IMG/VR virus record: IMGVR_UViG_3300027362_000021
Location: 1-29,336 of that record
Reading direction: 5' to 3' (one strand)
Source of the DNA: a virus
Taxonomy: Duplodnaviria; Caudoviricetes
Length of the DNA stretch: 29,336 nt
Shown here: in pieces, positions 1 through 9,224 of the stretch
Layout of the letters: each line of letters begins with the position of its first letter
How positions within the stretch are numbered: position 1 is the first letter of the stretch
Position numbers and translations under genes: made by a program
Notes under the pieces: model-generated
The model's input: only the letters and a program-made list of their open reading frames with translations
The model's database searches: none
Told to the model about the DNA's origin: nothing

Positions 1-21
1 GCGCTCGGTGAACTGAAGTGA
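1..21 (+). CDS. 3' end of upstream gene (partial; position suggests tail assembly chaperone)
   Basis: Frame 1 reads ALGELK then TGA at 19-21, overlapping the GTG start of the tape measure gene (GTGA coupling). Product inferred from synteny only. Confidence 0.4.
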   Translation, partial: ALGELK

Positions 22-3000
22 GCGCTGGCGACTTCGAAGCATTCGATTTCGGCATCCGGGTCCGGGACGACTTCAGCGACGCGACCAGGCGGTTCCGGGA
101 AGAGCTGAACGCCAGCCGCACAGCGTTCACCAACTTCCGCCGTTCGATCCGCTCGCTGTCCCAGGACAGCGCGCAGCTCCGCAAGAACTTCGGCGAAGTC
201 GCCCAAGCGCTCAGCGCTACGAAGTTCCGGAGTACGGCGGGCGCCGTCGACCAGGTTGGCAAAGCGCTGGCCCGCACCATCCAGGTGCGTTCCCAGACCC
301 TCGCGCAGACCGGCAAGGAGATCGGCGCCAACCTGCGCCTCAACTCCGCCCTGCGCGAACAGGTCGCACTGCTGCGGCAGCGCAACGACGAGCTGCGAAA
401 GGCCTCCACGCTACTGGGGAAGTCTCGTGGAGCGACGACTCCAGGGGGCGCCAGCGTACCCCTCATCGACCCCAGAGAAGCCCAAAGAGTCGACACTGTT
501 CGCCAAGGAATCAAGCGCACCAAAGACGAACTCAGAGGAGCCCGCAATGAAGCAGAGAAGCTCCGCCTGCCGCTGTTGGACGTTCTGAAAACAGTCTTCG
601 CGATCAGCGTAGCGCGTCGACTGACTGGGATCTTCAGCGACCTGGTGCGTCGTAGCATCGACTTCAATACCCAGCTCGAACGGAGCAGCCTCGGCATCGC
701 AGCGCTGATCACGGCCTCCGCACAAGTTCGCGATGAACTCGGAAACACCGCATCCGCCGGCGAGGCGTTACAAACGGCCTTCGGCATCTCCCGCGAACAA
801 ATACAGCTATTGCAGCAAGACGCGCTCGATACGACTGCAACGCTGACCGAACTGATCGAAACGTTCCAACAGGCTCTAGCCCCTGGTCTCACCGCAGGCC
901 TAGACATCGGTCAGGTTCGCCAATTCGCCGTACTGATCTCTCAGGCGGCCTCGAGTCTGGGCGTCGCACAGAACCAGCTCTCAGAAGAGATCCGCTCAAT
1001 TCTCTCGGGCACAATCCAACTACGCACAACGCGCATCGCTGCGGCTCTGGGTATCACCAACGAAGACATCCGTCGCGCAAAAGAAGCGGGAACCCTCTTC
1101 GAGTTCTTGACCGAACGTTTCTCCGCCTTCAACGTCGCCGGCCGGGAAGCGCTCAACACTTTCGCCGGCCTCCGCGGACGTATCGAAGACGTGCTCGAGC
1201 GGGTCGTGGCGCTCAGCGGCCTCGACTTCTTCAACGAGTTGAAGCAAAGCCTCCGTGAGATCTTCGACCTCCTGACCGATGCGGATGAGTTCGGGATCAT
1301 CTCTCCGTCTCCGCAGGCCGTGGCGCTCTTCGATGCGATGTTCGCTGCACTCACGAACATCGTTCGCGTCGCACGCGAAGCCTCGAAAGAACTCCGCTTC
1401 GAAGACGTACTGACTGCAGCGCAGACTCTGTCTTCCGTGCTGACAACAGTCGCGGAAGTCGTCGCCGGCTTCGCGCAAGGCGCAGTGGCTGGATTCGGCG
1501 CGCTACGCGCACTGATCTCGCCTCTCGTTGACACTCTGCGCTCCATCGCTGGCTCCGCTCTGTCCGTTGTCGATCTCGCCGCCAGATTCGGTGAACTGGC
1601 GGTTATATTCGGAGCAATAAATATTGCACTCCGCGTCATGCTCAGTCTGATCACGCTCGTGAAGAGCAGATTCGGACTGATTGCACTCGCGGTTTCTGCA
1701 GTGGTCGGGACGGTGCAGCTGTGGGTCAAGCTGTTGACGGGTGCCGACCTCAGTCTTCAAGACATCGCAAAGATCGTTGGCGTTGCGATAACCAACTACT
1801 TCAAAGTGCTGGCTGGGGTAGTAAAAACAGAATTCCTAGGGGCGTTGTTGATTGTGCGGTCGACCCTGAGCGCAATGCTCCCTGTCGTGAATTTTATCCT
1901 CGAAGGCTTCCGACGAATGGTGGTGACTTCTGCCTTCGTTGCTAATGCCTTTGACGAGACTTTGAGCCAAAATCTCCATGCAGCAGCCGATGCTATAAGC
2001 GACTTCCGTGTGCAGGTTGCGCAATTCGTAAGCGAAGACAAGCTCGCACAAAATGCTGACCAGGTCTCTGCTGCCTGGGAAGAGACTAAGGACTCGTTTG
2101 CGAAAGCGAGAAGAGAACTGGCCGCTGTTACGGAAGAAGCACTCAGAGGCGGCAGACAAGCCCTTCCTGCCGCAGCGAAGGCAGCAAAGACCCTCGCGGA
2201 AGAGTTCGCCTCACTACCTCCTTTCGTCAGCACGATTCGCAACCAGATCTCAGAACTGGCCGACGACATCGCGAACGCCGAAAAGAAAACACGCGATCTC
2301 CGAGCCTCACTCGACTTCGAGGTCGCCGCTGGTGGCCTGCCCGCAGCTGCGCAGCGAGTGGAAGAGTTCTTCTCTGGCGCAAAAGGCGAAACCGACGAAG
2401 CCACTCGCGCAATCCGAGAGCAAGTCAGCACGATCCAAAACCGCTTGCTCGGTCTGCAGAAAGAGCGTGCGGAACTCGCTCTCCGGATCAGCACCCTCTC
2501 GGAGACTGATCGAACCTCCCTGATCGGAACGCTCAACGCCCAGCGTCAACTCACCAACGAGGTGAAGGGCCTGCAGTCCCTCAAGGCGAAAGAATCTCAG
2601 CTCGAAGCCGACGTCCGCACGGCTGCGCAGGAGAACGATCTGGTCCGCGCGGCAGCACTCCAGAAAGAGCTCGAGCAAACCAAGCAACTCACTGCAGCCT
2701 CCGAAGCCCGGGTGCAGACTCAGCGAGAGTTCGTCGACCTGGTGGGTCGTGCAGTCTCTCCTGAGGTCACCCGAATCGCGCTCGAAGCGGTCAAGAACGA
2801 GGGGCAGGTCAACAACCTGCTCGAGGACCGCCGCCAACTCCTGGCCGAACTGGAGACCTTCCAGCGCCAGCAGCTGCAGGTCGCGAACCTACAAGCAGAA
2901 GCAGAGAGCCGCCGCGCCGCGGTTGCGATCAGCCAAGGCCTACCGATCGCCAGGGCAGAGGCCGAAGCAGCCAAGCGATTGAACGAAGCGGAACAAGAGC

Positions 3001-4178
3001 GTGGTGTCGCCGGCGCCATCGCTTCCGCGGAAGCGCAGAACCGCCTACAGCTCGCTCAGATCGAGCAGCAGCTGCGCGAACAAGAACTCGAGCAATCGAT
3101 CGCGGCTGCCCAAGCTCGCATCCAGGAAACAGAAGCCGTCCGCGGGCAGGTCCGAGCGGAGGCGGAACTCCTACGGATCAAAGGCGACGTCGCTGAAGCC
3201 GCGATACTCGAAGCTGAGGCCGCCAACCTCGACACAGCCCAACAGGAGGAACGCCTCCGCCTGCTGAAGGAACAACTCGCGATCGAACAAGCTCGCGGCG
3301 CCGCAGAACTAGAACAAGCAGAACGAGCCGCAGAACTAGAACAAGCAGAACGAGCCGCAGAGCTCGCTGCGAAAGTGAAGACCGCGAACATCTTCGAAGG
3401 CTTCACCGAAGGACTTTCCCAAGTAGCAGGGCAGATCGGCTCGGCATTCCAGGCAGGCATCGAAATCGCCACCGGCCTCGTCAACGCCTTCGCTAGCTTC
3501 GTCAGCAGCACGATCGTCGATGCCTTCGACCCAACGAAGGACTTCGATGCTCTCGAAGCCTTCGCCCGCTTCCTGCAGCAGATCGCAAGCCTGGTCATCC
3601 AGAAGCTGACAGAGATCGCCGTCGCCAAAGCGATCCTCAGCCTCGGACTCGGGGCGGCCGAAGGCGGCGAAGTCCCAACCGGCCACAAGCGCGCACAACC
3701 CTCGCTGGCGCACTACGCTCGCGGTACGCGTGGCTACCGCAGAGGCGGACGGCTGCGGCCACCGCGCGGCGTCGACCGCCGCGACACGGTGCCGATCTGG
3801 GCGCAACCGAAAGAATGGGTCATCCGCGCCCGAGCCGCGGCCGCCTACGGCGACACGGTCATGTCCGCGATCAACGACCAGCTGATCGACCCGTCCGCTC
3901 TGCGCGGCATGGTCGAAGGCACCCCCGTAGCCAGCGCCCGTTCGCGGGCAAAGGTCGGCTTCGCTCTCGGCGGCCGCGTGCCGGAGGTCACCGGAGCTTC
4001 TACGGTCTCGCGACTGGAAAAGACTCGCACCGGTCGCGATGCTCAGCCGTTGTTCGCGACTTCCATCGCCGACCGCCAAGAAGCAGATCGCCTGCTCAAC
4101 GGCGGTGGCGCAGCGGTCGACAGGTTCTTCCGTGCGAACCGAGGCAGGCTCGCCGCAGATCTTGGAGCAAAGAGGTAG
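18..4178 (+). CDS. Phage tail tape measure protein
   Basis: 1386 aa, Ala/Leu/Glu-rich helical and coiled-coil protein with a central hydrophobic stretch. The C-terminus AEGGEVP...DTVPIWAQPKEWVIRARAAAAYG...AIN...FALGG resembles lambda-type TMP C-termini. It precedes the tail-tip genes. Confidence 0.92.
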   Translation: MSAGDFEAFDFGIRVRDDFSDATRRFREELNASRTAFTNFRRSIRSLSQDSAQLRKNFGEVAQALSATKFRSTAGAVDQVGKALARTIQVRSQTLAQTGKEIGANLRLNSALREQVALLRQRNDELRKASTLLGKSRGATTPGGASVPLIDPREAQRVDTVRQGIKRTKDELRGARNEAEKLRLPLLDVLKTVFAISVARRLTGIFSDLVRRSIDFNTQLERSSLGIAALITASAQVRDELGNTASAGEALQTAFGISREQIQLLQQDALDTTATLTELIETFQQALAPGLTAGLDIGQVRQFAVLISQAASSLGVAQNQLSEEIRSILSGTIQLRTTRIAAALGITNEDIRRAKEAGTLFEFLTERFSAFNVAGREALNTFAGLRGRIEDVLERVVALSGLDFFNELKQSLREIFDLLTDADEFGIISPSPQAVALFDAMFAALTNIVRVAREASKELRFEDVLTAAQTLSSVLTTVAEVVAGFAQGAVAGFGALRALISPLVDTLRSIAGSALSVVDLAARFGELAVIFGAINIALRVMLSLITLVKSRFGLIALAVSAVVGTVQLWVKLLTGADLSLQDIAKIVGVAITNYFKVLAGVVKTEFLGALLIVRSTLSAMLPVVNFILEGFRRMVVTSAFVANAFDETLSQNLHAAADAISDFRVQVAQFVSEDKLAQNADQVSAAWEETKDSFAKARRELAAVTEEALRGGRQALPAAAKAAKTLAEEFASLPPFVSTIRNQISELADDIANAEKKTRDLRASLDFEVAAGGLPAAAQRVEEFFSGAKGETDEATRAIREQVSTIQNRLLGLQKERAELALRISTLSETDRTSLIGTLNAQRQLTNEVKGLQSLKAKESQLEADVRTAAQENDLVRAAALQKELEQTKQLTAASEARVQTQREFVDLVGRAVSPEVTRIALEAVKNEGQVNNLLEDRRQLLAELETFQRQQLQVANLQAEAESRRAAVAISQGLPIARAEAEAAKRLNEAEQERGVAGAIASAEAQNRLQLAQIEQQLREQELEQSIAAAQARIQETEAVRGQVRAEAELLRIKGDVAEAAILEAEAANLDTAQQEERLRLLKEQLAIEQARGAAELEQAERAAELEQAERAAELAAKVKTANIFEGFTEGLSQVAGQIGSAFQAGIEIATGLVNAFASFVSSTIVDAFDPTKDFDALEAFARFLQQIASLVIQKLTEIAVAKAILSLGLGAAEGGEVPTGHKRAQPSLAHYARGTRGYRRGGRLRPPRGVDRRDTVPIWAQPKEWVIRARAAAAYGDTVMSAINDQLIDPSALRGMVEGTPVASARSRAKVGFALGGRVPEVTGASTVSRLEKTRTGRDAQPLFATSIADRQEADRLLNGGGAAVDRFFRANRGRLAADLGAKR
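3300..3361 (+). repeat. Exact 27-bp tandem duplication within TMP (AAELEQAER x2)
   Basis: gccgcagaactagaacaagcagaacga at 3300-3326 and 3327-3353, plus a partial third copy gccgcaga. Confidence 0.95.
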
Positions 4179-4180
4179 GA

Positions 4181-5212
4181 ATGGCATACGACTGGCTCGA
4201 CGGCTTCGAGATTCACCAGAGCGCAACCTACATCGGACGCAAATACGCGGTCATCGGCGCACCCGCCGGTGGAACCGCTGGCCGACTCCATGGCAGCGCC
4301 TGCAACATGGCAGGCACCACGATCACGACACCTTCGCTCGGCGTGGGCGTCGTCCGCGTCGCTGGCTTCGGCTTGCGTCTGGCCACCTTCGACAACGCCA
4401 CCTTCTTGCAGTTCTTGCTCGGAGGCATCGCGCAGACGACCCTCACGTTCAACGCCTCGCGGCAGGTAGAGATCCGGCGCGGACCCAATAACGGAACCAT
4501 CATCGCCACGGGCACGACCCAAATTCCGGCCAGCAGCTGGGTCTACATCGAAGTGCGCCTCACGATCACCGACAACACCGGCCCCGCAACCGGCACGATC
4601 GAGGTTCACATCAACGAGGTTTCCGAACTGAACCTCTCGGCAATTCAAACCGCCCCGACAGCAAACGGCGACGGTGCTGACCAGGTCCGCTTCGTAGGCA
4701 AGTCAGCAGTAACTTGCGAATTCGACGACTTCTGGTCCATCAACGAAGACAGCGGCGGCACAGTAGGATTCCGTGGCGACCTGGTCATCGAAGGCATCCT
4801 CCCCACAGCCGCAGGCGCCTCGACGCAGTGGTCGGTCACGGGAGCGGCCACGAACTTCGACGCGGTCAACGACACCGCAGCGTCACCCAACAACAACGAC
4901 TACGTCTCCTCTGACACAAACGGGCAGATCGACTACTACGAACATGGCGACCTCGGCTTCATCACCGGAGCGGTTGAAGCTATAGCCGTATCGCTGGGAG
5001 TCCGCATGGACAACGCCATCGGTTCCCGCGTCATCCGACCGCGTTTCCGTCGCTCCTCTGGAACCAGCGGCGCAGGCCCGAACGTGAGCGTCTCGGGCAC
5101 CTCGGTCGTCGAAGCGGTCGCGGTCATGGAACAGGACCCAACTGCAGGACCGGGCGCATGGACGCTTGCGGAGATCAACGCCGGTCAGTTCGGTATGGAG
5201 GTGGTCTCCTAA
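4181..5212 (+). CDS. Virion tail-associated beta-rich protein (lectin/concanavalin-like fold suspected), paralog 1
   Basis: ATG at 4181, 2 nt after the TMP stop, with GAGGT upstream (track start 3815 is over-extended). 343 aa, MAYDWLDGFE...WVYIEVRLTI...FDDFW...VIEGILP; Gly/Thr-rich. Confidence 0.75.
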   Translation: MAYDWLDGFEIHQSATYIGRKYAVIGAPAGGTAGRLHGSACNMAGTTITTPSLGVGVVRVAGFGLRLATFDNATFLQFLLGGIAQTTLTFNASRQVEIRRGPNNGTIIATGTTQIPASSWVYIEVRLTITDNTGPATGTIEVHINEVSELNLSAIQTAPTANGDGADQVRFVGKSAVTCEFDDFWSINEDSGGTVGFRGDLVIEGILPTAAGASTQWSVTGAATNFDAVNDTAASPNNNDYVSSDTNGQIDYYEHGDLGFITGAVEAIAVSLGVRMDNAIGSRVIRPRFRRSSGTSGAGPNVSVSGTSVVEAVAVMEQDPTAGPGAWTLAEINAGQFGMEVVS

Positions 5213-6246
5213 TGCTCCTTGCGCTCGAAGGTTACGAAGTGGACATCGCCGACGACTCCTGGCTCAACAGGAAATACACCAACGTTGCCGGCGACTGGGA
5301 CGACAACGGCGTGAATGGCCGCCGCCACGGCACCGCTCAGACAGGCAAAACCAGCTCCGTCACCTACGATCTGCCTACCCTGGCTGTCGTGAGGCCGCGA
5401 GTGATTACCGGCTTTGGCTTGCGCTGCCTCAGCGGTTCTCCCGGCGGAACCTCACAGATCATCATCCGCAAAGCATCGACTGAGCAACTGCGCCTCGAAA
5501 CCTTCGCGATCAACAATAGCTTCGACCGCGGCCTGCGCATCGTTACCGGCGCGGGCACGTTGACCATTCCGCGAGGCCTCGTTTCCGGACGTTGGTACTA
5601 CATCGAAATGGATGCGACGATCCACACCAGCACCGGATCGGTGCAGGTCTGGATCGACAACACCTCGGTGTTCTCGCAAAGCGGCATCAACACCGCGGCC
5701 GCCGGCTCGAACGACTGGGACGTATTCCGAGTCGTACTCGGGGCCGGCGAATTCTTCGACGATCACTACGTGCTCGACGACCAAGCAGGGCTGAACACCA
5801 GACTCGGACCTGTAGTGATCGAAGGTCTGTTGCCGAACGGAGATACCGGCTTCCAAGACTGGACACCCTCCACAGGCACTCAACACTTTTCACTGGTTGA
5901 CGACCTGGCCTCCAACATAGCTGTGGGCACCGACCGCGTGCTTGAAGACCAGATCACCCAGAACGAGCTTTTCGACTTCCCCTCCATCGTGACGATGCCA
6001 AACGCCTCGCAACTCGACGGCGTGCAGGTCGGCATCATTGTCGGCATGGACAGCTCAGGCTCACGCAACCTCGTGATCCGCTTTCGCGACACCGGCGGCG
6101 GCACCTCTGACGGCTCCACGATCGCGGTCTCAGGGACCCCCACCGTCTACAACCGTCGCGTCCTCGAGCAGAACCCGGTGACCGTGGTGCCCTTCTCCGT
6201 CGCCTCCTTCAACGCCGGCATGTTCGGGGTGAGGACCGTGGCGTGA
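5212..6246 (+). CDS. Virion tail-associated beta-rich protein, paralog 2
   Basis: TAATG overlap with the previous stop and GGAGGT upstream. 344 aa, colinear motifs with paralog 1 (GFGLR, WYYIE, FDD, VIEGLLP, NAG.FG). Confidence 0.75.
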   Translation: MLLALEGYEVDIADDSWLNRKYTNVAGDWDDNGVNGRRHGTAQTGKTSSVTYDLPTLAVVRPRVITGFGLRCLSGSPGGTSQIIIRKASTEQLRLETFAINNSFDRGLRIVTGAGTLTIPRGLVSGRWYYIEMDATIHTSTGSVQVWIDNTSVFSQSGINTAAAGSNDWDVFRVVLGAGEFFDDHYVLDDQAGLNTRLGPVVIEGLLPNGDTGFQDWTPSTGTQHFSLVDDLASNIAVGTDRVLEDQITQNELFDFPSIVTMPNASQLDGVQVGIIVGMDSSGSRNLVIRFRDTGGGTSDGSTIAVSGTPTVYNRRVLEQNPVTVVPFSVASFNAGMFGVRTVA

Positions 6247-6247
6247 G

Positions 6248-7897
6248 ATGGTTGCCGTACGGATAGTCCGATACGGCGTCGAAGCTGCTGCTGTCGCTGG
6301 ACAGCAAGTCGCGCTCCACAGGATCGTCCTGGAGGTCCTGGCGAAGGAGGCCTCCACCTCATCCTCAGGCCCGGTGCGGGTCGCAAGAGAGGGTGTGGAG
6401 GTACTCGGCGTGCCTCCGCGCATCGTCGCCTTGCACCGCATCGTACTCGAGGTGCTTGCGCTCGAATCTTCGACCTCATCCGGCGGCCCCGTGCGCGTCG
6501 TCAGCTACGGCATCGAGGCCATCGGCAGCTCCCTGGCTGTCGCCGCTCTGCACCGAGTCTCGCTCGAAGTCCTAGCCCGGGAAGCTTCGACCTCATCCGG
6601 CGGCCCCGTGCGTGTGGTAGCCTACGGCATCGAGTTCATCGCACCAAAACCTCCCAGAATCACGGCGCGCGCGGTGCCGAGCCCCTACGAAGTGGTGGCA
6701 CACAACTGGTTGACGGAATTGCGGATGCGAACCTCTTGGCTCACGGACGTGAGGCAAGCAGGCACCGTAGCCGAAGAGCGGGTGAGCTTGCGCCCCAAGC
6801 CTGTTCGCCAGCTGAGTCTGGTGCTGACTGTTCTGAATCCAGAACTCTTCACCAGGCTGCTCGACTTGTTGCGTCGGCTCACCCGAGAACTGTACGCGAT
6901 CCCGCTCTTTCAAGACGTGACGGTGCTCACACAAGACGCTATCGCGGGTTCCACGATGCTATTTGGGGACTTCGTCGACCGCCGCATCTACGCCGGCCAG
7001 AACATCCTGCTCGCCGAACTAGGAGGCGACGGCGGACTCACGGGTGAATTCACTACCGCACAAGCGCTGGCGAAATTCTCCAGTCAACTCAGCCTGATTA
7101 CAGGCACGGCTCGAGATGTCTTTGCGGGACGTTGGGTTGTGTTTCCGCTCATGGACGTGCAACGAGTTTTTGAGAACAAAATCGAACTCAGCACTGGCCA
7201 GATCGGTCAAGTGGAAGTGACCTTCGACGAATCTGTCGGTCCGAGCACCCTGCCTCCGCTCCAGACAGGTAACCCAGACGGCTTCCCGCTAGGGCATGAC
7301 GGCGCACCGATCATGATCCTGGAACCAAACTGGTCAGACGCGCCAGAGCTAGGCACGCTACGGGAAGGTGAACAGGAGCAGTCTGGCGTGGGCTCTATCG
7401 ACGCGCCACGCGGTGACCGACGCCGGCACAGCGACACCCGAGCCTTCAGCGGCAACCGAACCGAATTCTTCTGCCTCCTGCGTTTCTTCGACTCCAGAAG
7501 AGGCCGTGCAGCCAAATTCTGGCTCATCGACCTCGAGGAAACCTGGATCGTCATCGGCGTCAGCACCAACTTCATCGACGTGCAGCCGGTTGGCAACTTC
7601 CCCGCCTTCGCGGACGAACTCTCTGGCGGTTTCGTCGGCATCATGTTCAACGTCGGGATCGTACCGGAAGCGATCACCAGAGCGGTCACGAACGTGACCC
7701 AGGTTGGTCAGGTATGGAGAATCACCGTCTCCACTGTGCTACCTGCGATCTCGCTCTCCAATATCCGACGTGCCGCGCGAGCGCGAGAAATGCGACATGC
7801 CAAAGACGAACTCGAAGAGCAGTGGCTGAACACAGATCTCTGCACCGCTTCGTTCGAATCTATCGAAGTGCTGCGTGAAGCTGAGGTAATCACGTGA
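6248..7897 (+). CDS. Tail structural protein (distal-tail-like) with N-terminal 39-aa repeats
   Basis: 549 aa. HNW...W.TDV...EERVSLR..P.R and FF.SRRGRA..FW motifs resemble the proteins found upstream of DUF2163 genes in GTA-like tail modules. Confidence 0.7.
   Translation: MVAVRIVRYGVEAAAVAGQQVALHRIVLEVLAKEASTSSSGPVRVAREGVEVLGVPPRIVALHRIVLEVLALESSTSSGGPVRVVSYGIEAIGSSLAVAALHRVSLEVLAREASTSSGGPVRVVAYGIEFIAPKPPRITARAVPSPYEVVAHNWLTELRMRTSWLTDVRQAGTVAEERVSLRPKPVRQLSLVLTVLNPELFTRLLDLLRRLTRELYAIPLFQDVTVLTQDAIAGSTMLFGDFVDRRIYAGQNILLAELGGDGGLTGEFTTAQALAKFSSQLSLITGTARDVFAGRWVVFPLMDVQRVFENKIELSTGQIGQVEVTFDESVGPSTLPPLQTGNPDGFPLGHDGAPIMILEPNWSDAPELGTLREGEQEQSGVGSIDAPRGDRRRHSDTRAFSGNRTEFFCLLRFFDSRRGRAAKFWLIDLEETWIVIGVSTNFIDVQPVGNFPAFADELSGGFVGIMFNVGIVPEAITRAVTNVTQVGQVWRITVSTVLPAISLSNIRRAARAREMRHAKDELEEQWLNTDLCTASFESIEVLREAEVIT
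6257..6640 (+). repeat. 117-bp (39-aa) tandem repeat, ~3.3 copies
   Basis: ALHRIVLEVLA.E.STSS.GPVRV..YG.E repeated. cttcgacctcatccggcggccccgtgcg is identical at 6468-6495 and 6585-6612, with a degenerate copy at 6351-6378. Confidence 0.9.
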
Positions 7898-8727
7898 CCC
7901 GCGCAATCGACCAATCCTCGAAGCTCCGCACCTACTTCGTAGAATTTCGATACGGACAACCGGTCGTGTTCGAGCGGTTTACTAATTCCCTAGAAGACGA
8001 GTCCTTCGGACCGGGCACCTTCATCTCTCTGCCCGCGATCTCATTCGAGCTGCCAAAAAACGTCGGAACCCTAGAAGCGCAACGCACGAAGATCACCGTC
8101 CCCATCTACTATCCCGACGAAACGACAGTAGACTTCGCCGTAGACATTGCGAGCGGTGAAGCTTTCTACGCCAGAACGAGGTTCCAGATCTGGGAATTGG
8201 ATCGCGGTCTAACGGCTTCGGAAACCGCTTCGCAGTTCACGTGGATCGGACTGGTGCAAACCAGCTACCGCAACTTCCAAGGCAGCAAACATCGCGTCGT
8301 GATCGAGGGACTGTCCCACAAGTTCCTTCTCGATGCCGAAACAGGTATTCGCGCCAGCGATTGCCAACACCGCCTCGGCGACCTCGGCTGCGCCGCAGTT
8401 GTGCCAGCAGACACGATCACGGTGACAGCGATCAACGGCAAGACCGTAACGACAACTGCTCCCCCTGTTCAGACGGTCGACATGTACCGTCGTGGCTACA
8501 TGCAACGTCTAGGCGTACGCATCGGCATCCGCGACTGGGACAAGAACTTCCCCACGACTTTTCACTTGCTGCGAAGGCCTCCGAACGCTTGGCTCAACCA
8601 AACCGTTCAAGCGCTAGGAGGCTGCACCAAGTTGATCGACCGTTGCCGTGAATGGGGACGCGAAGAATCATTTCTCGCTCCCGGCGTCGCCATGCCTGCC
8701 TATCACCCTGTTTTCGAAACCCCGTGA
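7894..8727 (+). CDS. DUF2163/BR0599-like tail protein (GTA gp13-like, Cys-containing)
   Basis: GTGA overlap, 277 aa. CQHRLGDLGC and GCTKLIDRC Cys motifs are typical of this family; an NlpC/P60 gene follows. Confidence 0.8.
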   Translation: MTRAIDQSSKLRTYFVEFRYGQPVVFERFTNSLEDESFGPGTFISLPAISFELPKNVGTLEAQRTKITVPIYYPDETTVDFAVDIASGEAFYARTRFQIWELDRGLTASETASQFTWIGLVQTSYRNFQGSKHRVVIEGLSHKFLLDAETGIRASDCQHRLGDLGCAAVVPADTITVTAINGKTVTTTAPPVQTVDMYRRGYMQRLGVRIGIRDWDKNFPTTFHLLRRPPNAWLNQTVQALGGCTKLIDRCREWGREESFLAPGVAMPAYHPVFETP

Positions 8728-9224
8728 TCGCCTACAAGCAACTGCAACACTCGTGGAACCCCCTGCCCCCGCAGCTCACTGATGAGGGCGCTCGGTGGGC
8801 ACTCATCATGGACTCCTGGGAAGGGACGAAGTACGTGCCTGGGGCGTGCGTGAAAGGCAGCGGCGTGGACTGCGGCCGCTGGGTCATCTCATGCGCTTGC
8901 GAACTTCGCGGCCGATCCATGCCGGCACTCCCGGAAATACCTCATGATGCTGCCTTCCACAGCCCTGAGGTAGCGCACGAAGCGCGCAGGACGATCCTCA
9001 AACTCATGCAACCTGTCGTAGAGATCTTCCACGACCTGTTGCAACCAGCCGACATCATCGTCGTGGGACCGCAAGGCGGCGGCCCGGGCCACACCTATTA
9101 CGTAGGTCCCCAGAGGCACCAGCTGTGGCACGCCTCGCCTCCGCGAGTCGACGTCACCGGATGGGCCATCCCGGCTGAGTACACCCTGCTGCACATCTAC
9201 CGCCTCGGCGAACTCACTTGGTAG
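8724..9224 (+). CDS. NlpC/P60-family tail-associated peptidase
   Basis: GTGA overlap start at 8724. WEGTKY...KGSGVDCG carries the catalytic Cys; His residues follow in GHTYY and LWHAS. Confidence 0.88.
   Translation: MIAYKQLQHSWNPLPPQLTDEGARWALIMDSWEGTKYVPGACVKGSGVDCGRWVISCACELRGRSMPALPEIPHDAAFHSPEVAHEARRTILKLMQPVVEIFHDLLQPADIIVVGPQGGGPGHTYYVGPQRHQLWHASPPRVDVTGWAIPAEYTLLHIYRLGELTW

Noticed and set aside
3815-4180. N-terminal extension of the 465-aa ORF overlapping the TMP gene
   Set aside because: Arg-rich off-frame translation; ATG 4181 has an RBS and aligns with the paralog's start.
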